Shown here one piece after another: positions 10,963 to 21,395 of a stretch of DNA of 64,000 nt. This DNA is from Azolla caroliniana (Eukaryota > Plantae > Polypodiophyta): contig JBHGNT010000007.1 of assembly GCA_043228905.1 (NCBI GenBank), positions 14,198,001 to 14,262,000 of the forward strand, written 5' to 3'. The notes below the pieces were generated by a model, which saw nothing but the letters and a program-made list of their open reading frames with translations, ran no database searches and was not told the origin of the DNA. The position numbers and the translations under genes are program-made. The first letter of the stretch is position 1, and every line of letters begins with the position of its first letter.

Positions 10963-11693
10963 TGTTGGGATTTCGGTCCCTCCGGATGGGATGTCCGGAG
11001 ATGAATGACGGCAAGCCCGGTTACGGTTACGGAACCGGATGAAGATACAGGTCCGGTGAGCGCACTCTCCGGATGATGAAGAATACCCGGTATGAAGCCG
11101 GATGAAGAGTACCCGGATACGGATCCGGATGATGAAGTACCCGGATACGGATCCGGATGATGAAGACCCCGGCATGAAGCCGGATGACGAAGACCTGGCT
11201 ACGGAGCCGGATGATGAATGTACCCGGAGAGAGATCCGGATGCGGGGACATATTTGTGAATATGTTTGCCAAGGGCCCTTGTGGCTATATTTGTAAATAG
11301 CCGGAAAGTCATATGTGTATAAATATGACTTAGGGCAAACAGTTTTAGTTGCTGCTCATTTTCTGTTTTCACTTAGAGGGAGCGAAGTGAGAGCAGCCGA
11401 GAGAGAGAGAGAGTGAGAGAAACGAGGAGGTCGTTGCCTCTGTGTATTACCGCCGCCTGTGGCGAGGACAGCGAGCTCAAGGTCGTCGCCTTGCAGCTCG
11501 CCATTGTATACTTCTCTGTATAGTGTTGGTTTGGAGTCTTGTACTCCCGTGGTTTTTCCCGTTTAGGGTTTTCCACGTTAATCCCTGTGTTATCGTGTCT
11601 CTCTCTGTGTTTCCTATTTTCTACTGCATTGATTCGCGATTTCTCGGTTGTGGCCGGAACGACGAAGGCGAATCGGAGCGTTGATTCGCAACA
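10963..11693 (+). repeat. 3' LTR of D (731 bp)
   Basis: Appears identical to the 5' LTR except for one missing 27-bp unit. Confidence 0.97.
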
Positions 11694-12398
11694 CAAGCTA
11701 AGGTTGGACATAGAACAAACATCCAACTTGCGGAAGGTCCTTGAGGAGAAGGTTTTAGACAATCATGTCGACCTTACTTTGAGAGAGCTACTTGGGATCG
11801 CTAAGAAGGAGTTCCACGATACTATCGTGGACTTGATTAAGCGGAAGTGGCAACAATCGGATGAAGAAGAGGTGAAAACAAGTGCCATAACCATGGCAAG
11901 ATCCGAAGAGGAGGAAGAAGAAGTGATGGCGGACAGCCATTACTCTCGGCCTCATTGGGCAAGAGCGACAACGGAGACGCCGGTGGAGATCGGAGAGAAG
12001 AAGGAGACCGTGGTAGCCTTGATTGACCATGGTTTGGAGATCAACCTCATGTCGACCGAATTCTACAAGAAAGGAAGATGGTTGATCAACACAAACCACG
12101 GATGGAAGATACGAGCGGCAACGAAGGCCACGGAAGATGTGTATGGAGCTTGCCCCAATGTTCAAGTCACAATCGGAGATGTGGAGATGGATCAACACTT
12201 CTTCGTGCAAGACTCGGCTTCACATCCCGTCATCCTAGGACAACCATATATCACGTCGTCCCGGATGGAGACTAAGGTGTTTGATAATGGAGCGGCCTTC
12301 GCGCGAGTCAAGAGCCTTGACAATCAAAGATCTGTTCAATTCCTTACAATGCGGGCTAATCACGAAAGGAACCGTGATAGCCTTGGAGGCGAATCCTC

Positions 12399-12462
12399 GG
12401 ATTTTTAGAGCGGACTATTGAAGCGTGGGGCACAACCAGTCCAAGCAATCATAAGTCCCCAC
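12399..12462 (+). promoter_or_regulatory. -1 programmed ribosomal frameshift signal (B)
   Basis: G GAT TTT TAG, 6-nt spacer, stem1 GGACT/AGTCC, stem2 GTGGGG/CCCCAC; -1 frame is open into pol. Confidence 0.8.
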
Positions 12463-15400
12463 AAGGAAGCGAAATAAGTGGATCGCAAGGAGAAGCAACA
12501 TGTGTGACACCTAGTGGCACATGTAAACTAACACTACTCAACAAGAAGGACAAGCGTCGGATACAAGACTTCGAGAAGATGCTGAAAGAAGAAAGCATAA
12601 TCAAAGAAGAAGAATTCGTGTCTCATAATCTAGAGGAAGCCTCATTTAACGACACCATCGGCGAAATCGAGGAAGTCGTGGACTTGAGCTACCCTCACGA
12701 TCAAAATGTGATTTCGGTTAACTCTGTCAACATGTACGCTATCATCGAGGCATCTTGATGGAGGAAGCTGAAGTCAACACAAAATATAAAACGGTGGATA
12801 AGAAGATCAAGCCAGTTGCGGTTCCGCTACCGGAAGATAGCTGGCAGAAGATGAAGGAAGTTGCTAATGATCCGAGCTTAAGGGATCCAAAGGCAATAGG
12901 TCATGTCTTCACCAAAGAGACAAAAGGAAAGCTACAAGTTGGAAGGGAAGATTTCCTTCTCCCCGAAGAGGAGAGAATGTTCCGCGGAATGCTTGAGAGA
13001 CATGGGAAAGCCTTTGCCTTCTCTCCACAAGAGATTGGATGTGCCGACCTGAAGATGGTAGAGCTGATGGTGATTTTTACGGTGCCGCATGTACCTTGGA
13101 ACCTCAAGCCGATACCGGTTCCAAGAGCTCACATTCCAAAGTTGATTGAGCTTCTAAAGGAGAAGGTTAGGATGGGAATTCTTGAGCCATCCAATGCTCC
13201 CTACTCTAATAGATGGTTTACGGTGCCGAAGAAGAACGGGTCCTTACGCTTTATACAAGTTCTCCAACCGGTCAACAAGGTGATGATCCGAAATTCCGGA
13301 ATTGGTCCAAGCGTGGATGAATTTGCCGAAGCCTTCGCGGGAATATCGATCTATTCCATTGGTGATCTCTACTCGGGTTATGATCAGTTTCAATTGGCCG
13401 TCGATAGTAGAGATATAACGACAATGAGGACGCCGATCGGGTTGGTAAGGATGTGCACCTTACCCCAAGGTGCGACAAATTCCGTAGCCCACATGGTGAA
13501 TGCCATGAACAAAGTGTTGAGGGATTGTATCCCTGATATCACAATGCCCTTCTTAGACGATATTCCAATCAAAGGATGCTTGGTGGAAGAAAAAGATGAA
13601 TCGAAAGATGACGATGGTTGCCGAAGATTCGTCATCAATCATATAAAGGATAGCAAGAAGGTGTTGCAAAAGCTTGAGGATGCGAATCTCACATTTTCGG
13701 GAGAGAAGTCTGCATTCGGTCAACCAGAAATATTGGTAGTAGGACACTTATGTGGGTCTTATGGCCGGAAGCCATCTCCATTCAAGGTGAACAGTATTCA
13801 AGATATGAAAGAAGAATGTGTGTCTCAAACGGAGGTGCGAAGATTCTTGGGAGCATGTGCATTCTATCACATATGGATTCCACATTATGCCCATGTGGTT
13901 GAACCATTGTATGGACTATTAAAGAAAAGGAAGAAGTTTGAATGGGAAGATGAGCATACCTACACGATTCGAAAGCTAAAGAAACTATTATTGGAAGCTC
14001 CGGCATTGCGCAAAGCTGACTACACTGATGGTACCCCGATATATGTGACGGTGGATACGAGCCCAACCGGAATTGGATGGGTGATAAACCAAGAAGACAA
14101 AGAAAAGAATCGGTATGCAATCCGATTCGGTGCGAAGGTGTTAACCAAAAGACAAAGGAAGTATGCTCAAGTAAAGAGAGAGCTATGGGGAATAGTATCC
14201 GCGGTTAAAACCGACCGTGACTACCTTATAGGAATAGAGGTCATAATCGAAACTGACTGTCTACCTATTCTTGGAATGATATCCGGTTGTGCTACACTGG
14301 ATATTGCTATGCTGTGATGGATTGTCTATATCAAGTCCCTCAACCCCGAGATTCGGCATATAAATGGGAAGCATAATGTGGTGGCCGATATGTTGTCATG
14401 GGCGAGGTATCAAGGTGAAGAAGATTTGCACTCCGACGAAGAGGATGTTGGCCTAAACTTCTTTACGGTTTCTTGTGCTCGGGTGCTAGTAGTGTTCAAA
14501 GTAGAAGATTATGAGGGTGAATTCATTGAAATTGGCAAATACTTAAGCTCTCTTACAAAAGATGAATCATGGTCAAAGGAAGACTTCTACCGAATTAGGA
14601 AGAAGGCCTACAAGTTCTTCCTCAAAGAAGGACATCTATGGAAGTTTCCGAAGAAGAAGAATGGAACTCCACTTCAAGTGGTGTGCAAGAAATAGGATCA
14701 ACAAACACTAATTGCTGAATTTCATGATAGTGTGTGGGCAGGTCATCGTGGTATATGGGCAACATTTACAAAGCTCAAGGAGAAGTATTGGTGGCCGGGT
14801 GTTTACAAAGATGTAGCAAGCTATGTTGAAACATGTGAGCAATGCCAATTATACTCGAATATTCAACATAGGGATGAACTTCATCCGACATATCCATTAT
14901 CAATGCACTTTAATGGTTGGTAGACATAGTGGTTATGCCAATGGGATTGGGGCAAATGAAATACCTCGTGCTAGCAAGAGAGAATCTCACCAACCAAGTA
15001 GAAGGACGGGCGCTAAGGAATAAAACAACTTCGGCGGTTTGTAGGTTTCTCCTTGAAGATGTTATTTGTCGATATGGATGTGTCGGCAAAATAGTGGCCG
15101 ATAGAGGAGAATTAGATGTGAATGAAGCTAAAGAGTTCTTTTCAAGAATAGGCATCAAATTATCACTCACCATGGCATACAACCCGAACGCAAATGGGAA
15201 GGTGGAATGAGGACATAGTCCAATTGTAAAAGCTCTAGCAAAGGCTTGCGACGGCAAGATGGGAAATTGGCCACGATTACTACCTTATGCATTGTGGGCA
15301 AATAGAACTACACATAGCACGACTACGGGATATATGCTCGCCAAACTCATATTAGGACAAAAACCAATAATGCCTTTTGAGCAAAGTGTTCCTTCGTGGG

Positions 15401-15829
15401 CGTCTCTGCCATGGCAAGAGGAAATGAGTTGAGAAGACTTGCTAGCCACGAGGATTCAACAATTAGAACGAAGGCCCGAAGATGTCGAGTTGGCAATAGA
15501 ACGGTTGCGCCAAGCTCAATTCAAGAACAATGAGAATTTTGATAGAAAGCATCGTCTTCGACAAAGAAAAATTGAAGAAGGTCTATGATAGTAGTCTCGA
15601 TAATCAATATAGCACTACTCGAAAGTTCGCAAAACGATGGTTTGGCCCGTATATGGTCAAGAAAATAGAAAGCAATGCAACCTATTTTTTAGTGGAGTTG
15701 GATGGAACTCGACTTGCTTTGCAAATAGCAGGGAAGAAGATCAAGATCTTTAAGAGAAGAGAAGCCCCAAATCTTGAGATCGAAGATCTAGATGATGTAT
15801 CCTCGAACATCAAGGTTGAAGAAGAGTAA
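12399..15829 (+). pseudogene. Pol ORF2 of B (linker, RT, RNase H, integrase), entered by -1 frameshift; several stops and frameshifts
   Basis: RT LPQGATNS...FLDD; RH VTVDTSPTGIG...IETDCLP; IN GHRG...CEQC, VADRGEL, WFGPY. Confidence 0.92.
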
Positions 15830-15895
15830 TTAAAAAAGAGGAACCTCACCACAATTGGCACATACTGGTGGATGTGCAGGTTTGGTGGGGGTGAA

Positions 15896-17179
15896 TGTCG
15901 TGTGGTTTTTCACACACGATATGAAAACTAGTAAAATAATTATTTACGATTAGCTTAATATATGGATATAGAAAGATAGATGTGTTCAAGAGCTTCATAG
16001 CGTATTTTACTACGCATAAAACGGATAAACAAGTATCAAGTTCTGTGAGTGTGAAGTTTTAAGAAAAGAAAAGAAAAGACAAAACTGTGAGATATACCAC
16101 ATAGATAGGACAACATTGAAACCCAGAATATATAAGAGAAACCAAAACATATTCATTCTATCAATGTGTGGAGCATATCTAACGTTCGAGGTGACTTGGG
16201 TTGCACTATGTGATGTGCATGCTTCGGGTGTAAGCACGTGTGCATGGCTGCGTGGACGTTTTCGAATGTACATGGGCATGGCCTTCTTCGGATATACGTG
16301 CGTGTGCAAATTTCGGACGGACACGTATCTGTGCACGCGCGCATGCGTGGATGCGTACACTACGGCGCGGTCGAGACTTTTGCGCGCTGATGCGTACACG
16401 ATGCGGATTGGACGCGCGCGCGCGTGGATGCGTACACTACGGCGCGGTTGGGAAGCGCGCATGCGTGGATGCGTACACTACTAAACGGTAGGGACTTCTG
16501 CTTGCGGACGCGTCTACGGTTTGGTTGCGACGCACGTACGGATTGCGCACGGGCTAAACTTTATGGATGATTGTGTCATTTGGCCGAATTATACGAACAA
16601 TCACATGCAACCAAAAGCCAAGGCCATGCAACTAAAAGTAAAAGGCATGCATCTAAAAATGGAAGCATGCAACTAAAAGGAGAGGCCATGCAACTAAAAA
16701 TAAAGGCCATCCAACTAAAAGTGGGCATGCAAATTAACATTAGGGAGGAGGATCAACGAGGAGCTCGATATATGTCCCATTTTTTCCCTACTAGTTTTTT
16801 TTTTCCCCCCTTCTTTCTTCTTCCCTCTCCGATTCGAGAAACAAATTATCTCACATATTGATATCAAACTCCTAGCTTTGTTTACTCGATCTTTCTGGTC
16901 AAAAATTATCTCTCGTATTCTTATCGGACCACTCCTTGCATGGTTGTTGGCTCCTTTCTTTGAAAAATTAATCTCTCATTTCCATACCCAACCCATTGTA
17001 ACACGATTCTCAAATTATAAAGAATCGATTTTCTTTTGCAATAAACTAATGATTTGTCTCTCCCACTTGTCTTATGCTTAAAACTTGCTTTTGTTGTACA
17101 TGTTATTCTAAATCCTTCTAGTCCAGAACCCCGACGGTTCCGTCTCGCGATCTGCACAAAGTGACGGATTTTCACGACA
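15896..17179 (+). repeat. 3' LTR of gypsy B (1284 bp)
   Basis: Follows G-rich tract ggtttggtgggggtgaa; only 3 copies of the array core. Confidence 0.95.
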
Positions 17180-20100
17180 GCATTATCGAGGAAATCCTCG
17201 CAGATGCGTAGAAGTTGGGCAAGACCACGGAGGTCTTTAACCAAGGAATCGAGAAGTGAGGAGGTAGAGTCTGTGGTTTATGTGAGCCCTGAGACCGCGG
17301 TTTAAATAGAAAGATTAGCAAAATAAGAGAGATAGTGTAAGAGGAACATGCGTAGATACAGGCGCAGACAGATATGCTAAGAATAGCTTGCGTTCGTTAG
17401 ATAAGCTTCTATTAATCAATATATGTGCGTCATGTTGTGGATGATTACAACCGGATCAGTGCTGGTGTTCGAGCGTAGGCTCTATAGTAGTCAAATACAG
17501 AGATGAGTGGCACACATAAGGTCGATCCCCTGGCTGGGAGCACTCAGGCGTCTTACGCGAGCAGGGGAAGCACCTTCCGGTGGCACGTCGTAGGACTCCT
17601 TGTCTTCTTTTCTCTCTGTTTCCCTTTCTCCTCTCTCTCAAATTGACATCCCCAAAAATAGTTGAGGGTCGCCCCTTTTATAGCACAAGGAGCGACCATT
17701 ACAGAGCATTCATGGCCTTATCGCTTTAACTCCCTAAATTCGCTCTCCTCGTAACTCTCCCTACTTAGGCGATGTCTAAATCCCTATTAATGCTTTAACT
17801 ACCTAGTACACCTCCTTTTTCCTATGCCTAGCCCTTAGACTATCTAATTCACTTAGGGTGTGCACACCAGTGCTCCCGCGTGTTTCACATTCTTTCTACC
17901 GATGGCCCAGAATCTTCACGACATCCACCCCCACTAAACTGCACATACGCCGTTATGTGTGAGACAGCGATTTTAGTGAGGGATTCTAGGCCATCTGCTA
18001 CTCGCCCTCCCCTTTGAACTAGTCCTTTTGGCTCCCGGGTCCGGTTCTGCCTCGCTCCGCCTTTTGAAGGCCTTTATCCGCTTCCTGGCCACCGGAGTTG
18101 TCATTCGAGTCCCGTCGAGCTCCGCGAGGTGATAAGTCACATTATTGTTGACACCGATCACTACATATGGCCCAAACCATCGCTTTGCGAACTTACGCGT
18201 AGACCTATGTTGGTTTTCGAGGCTGTTGTCGTAGACTAACACCCAATCGCCTTCCTCGATCTTCCTTGGCCGGAGCCGGTGTGTCCGATCGAACCGGGCC
18301 TTGATCCGGATTCTCGCTTCTTTCACCCTTGTCGTGGCCTGCTCCACGTCTTCTGGCCTTTGCTCGACTTGCCAGATCCGGGCCGCAAGCAATTCTTCTC
18401 AGCTCATTTTGTTGGCCCAATCGATGTCATCCACGAGGCGATCGTCCGCTCTACTGGCATGATGGGTTTCTATCCGAACATTAGTTCCGCCGACATGTAC
18501 CCTGTCACCGAACTATGGGTAGTCCAGTCTCCCCATAGCGCGTAAGGGAGCAACCTCAGCCAATCGCCAACTCACCCTTCGCATGCACGTACAATGACCG
18601 TGGCCCCACTCTATCTTTCCATTTGCCTCCGGGTTGTACGCCGTTGTGAGGGATAGTTTTACGCCTAGCCGATTGAACAGTTCTTCGGCCTCTTCCGCGT
18701 CTAGCTCTCCTTGGTCAGCTACGATTTTTCCGACGCACCCATATCGGCATATGACATCTTCTATCAGAAACTTATATACTACCGCGGTGATCTTGTTCAT
18801 TAGTGCTCGGCCCTCTACCTGGTTTGTTAGGGTTTCTCTGGCTAGCACCAGGTATCGCTTCTGACCCTCTCCCATTGGCATGGTTACTAAGTCTACCATC
18901 CATTTAAAATGCACGGCTGGGGGGTAGGTTAGGTGCAGCTCGTCGTGGTGTCGAATGACCGAGTGCATCTGGCAGCTTTCGCACGTGGACACGAAGTCGT
19001 GCACGCTCTTATACATACCCGGCCACCAGTATTTCTCCTTTATCTTCTCAAATGTGGCCCATGTGCCCCGGTGTCCAGACCAAGGGCTTTCATGGAACTC
19101 TGATATTAGCTTCTCTTGATCATCCCCCCGCTCTATTACCCGGAGCGGCGCGTCGTTTCGCCTTTCCGGGACCCTCCAGATTTTCCCGTTCCGTAAGAAG
19201 TACCAGTATGTCCTTTTTGGGAGTTGTCCCGCCTCCTTCCTAGTCATCATAGGGTTCGCCGTCATAGTTTTTAGAAACCTTCCGATTAGAAGCCACTCCC
19301 CGTCGTAGTCATCTTCGTCGAACTCGTTAAGGGGCGGAGCGCTTCTCCCTTTTATCCTCATCCTTGCTGATTCGAAGAAGTCTGCGCTGACTTCTTCGTT
19401 CTCTGATACCATGATGTCCTTGTCCTTGAACCTTGCTCTAGAAAGCATATTGGCCATGGCGTTGCCTTTACCTAAGATGTGTCGTATCTCTAGGTTCAGG
19501 GACTTGATGTATGCAATCCACCTAAGCATGGCCAGGTCGGGAGTTGCGCATCCGGAGACAATACTGAGAATCGGTAGGCAGTCTGTTTCTATAATCAGTT
19601 CTATCCCGATTAGATGTTCTTTGTCGACCTTAACCGCCGAAACGATACCCCATAGCTCGCGCTTGACTTGGGCGTATCCTCGTTGTCGCTCGCTCAGTAC
19701 CTTCACACCAAACCGGATAGGGAAACGCGTGCCATCTTCGTCCTCTTGATTTATGACCCATCCAATCCTGGTCGGGTTGGTGTCCACCGTGATGTAGAAC
19801 GGAGTTCCCGGTGCGTATACTGCTTTGCGTAAAGCTGGAGCCGTGGTGAGCATTCGTTTTAGCCTCCGGACCGCCTCGGTATGCTCCTTTGTCCATTCGA
19901 ATTTCCTGCTCTTTTTTAGCAAGCCGTAGAGTGGTTCAGCGACGTGCACGTAATGAGGGATCCATATGTGGTAAAAGGCACATGCTCCTAAGAATCGTCG
20001 AACCTCCATGACGGATCCGCACTCCTCCTTCATTGCCGAGATGGCCTCTACCTCAGTCGGCGATGGCTTCCATCCGTACGACCCACATAGATGGCCCACC

Positions 20101-21329
20101 ACTAAGATCTTTGGCTGTCCGAAGGCCGACTTTTCTCTCGAGAAGGTAAGTCGCGCGCCTTCGAGCCTCTGTATTATTTTCTCGCAGTCGGAGATATGGT
20201 CGGTGACAAACCTTCGGCACCCGTCCGCACCAATTGATTCATCCTTGGTGTCCTTTGGACACCCCTTGATAGGGATGTCATCCAGGAAAGGCATGGTGAT
20301 GTCCGGAATGCAGTCCCGCAAGACTCTGTTCATTGCATTTACCATGTGTACCACCCAGTTGGTCCCTCCCTATGGTACGGTAAACATTCGAACTAGGCCG
20401 ACAGGGGTTCGCATTGTTGTGATGTCCTTGCTTTCCATGGCCAGCTGGAACTGGTCGTACCCCGAGTATATGGGCCTTCGGGCCAAGGCTTCCGCGAACT
20501 CATCGATCGACGACCCAACTCCCGTATTGTGGATGGTCACCTTGTTGACTGGTTGTAAGTCCTAGATGAAGCGCAGCGTACCGTTCTTCTTTGGTACCGT
20601 AAACCACCGATTAGAGTAAGGGGCATTCGATGGTTTGAGGATGCCCAGCTCCACCATCTGCTTAAGAAGCTCCATCAACATGGGCATGTGAGCTAACGGC
20701 AATTGAATCGGTTTGAGGCTCCATGGCACGTGCGGCACGGTAAAGATCACCATTTGTTCGACATTGGTCGGGTCGATGCACCCGATCTCTCTCAGCGAGA
20801 ATGCGAAGGCTTTCCGTGCCTCTCGAGCATCCTTCTGAACCGGTCCTCTTCCGCCAGCAGTAGGAAGCTACCCCCACCGATCTTCAGTTCTCGTAACGTT
20901 TTGTCGGTAAAACGATGTCCTATGCCGGCCGGATCTCGCAAGCTCGAGTCGATAGCGACCCCCTTTATTAGTTCCCAGCTGCCCTCCGGTAAGGGAGCCA
21001 CGACGGGCTTCACCTTCCGGTCCACAATCTTGTACTTGGTGTCTACTCAAACGGCCCGATGCACCCTGGTTTTTCTTTCGAAGTCTGCAATGACTTCATA
21101 CATGTCGACCGAGTTGACCGGTATGACTCGGTCTTCGCTTAGGCCTCCTTCGACTACCTTCCCGATTTCTCCAAGGGTGTCATCAAACGAGACCGCCTCC
21201 ACGACTTCCCCAATTCCTTCGTCGTGACTCAAGGCTCCGCACGCCTTTAAGCGTATCTCGGCCACTGATGCTGGCTATGGTACATCCCTAGTTGTCGGAG
21301 AACAAAACTTTCCTCCCTATTTTACAAGA

Positions 21330-21395
21330 GTGGGGAATTTTCTGGCTATCCGGACTATCGTGGCCCCACGCCTTGATAGCCCTTTCTAAAAATCC
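21330..21395 (-). promoter_or_regulatory. -1 frameshift signal (C)
   Basis: Reverse complement: GGATTTT TAGAAA GGGCTATC aaggc GTGGGG ccac GATAGTCC ... CCCCAC. Confidence 0.8.

Larger units (their letters stand above)
6090..11693 (+). mobile_element. Intact Ty1/copia element D (Tnt1/Tork-like); TSD CAAGC
   Basis: LTRs 6090-6847 and 10963-11693; PBS TGGTATCAGAGC 6851-6862; PPT gaagggggag before the 3' LTR; CAAGC at 6085-6089 and 11694-11698. Confidence 0.98.
4619..12408 (+). pseudogene. Gag-protease ORF1 of B (premature TGA at 5084; split by D at 6090-11693)
   Basis: CCHC knuckle CVWCDRFEHSRREC; protease LIDHGLEINLMS; removing D and one TSD copy restores the frame (YKLRLDI). Confidence 0.9.
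2705..17179 (+). mobile_element. Ty3/gypsy element B, full length, degenerate, interrupted by copia D; TSD GCAT
   Basis: LTRs tgtcgtg...cacgaca at 2705-4561 and 15896-17179; GCAT at 2701-2704 and 17180-17183; domain order gag-PR-RT-RH-IN. Confidence 0.95.

Noticed and set aside
12740-12760. Second programmed frameshift in B pol
   Set aside because: C and E keep a single frame here, so it is a mutation private to B
15530-15895. Chromodomain or env-like ORF after the integrase of B, C and E
   Set aside because: Only a short acidic tail lies between the GPY motif and the PPT
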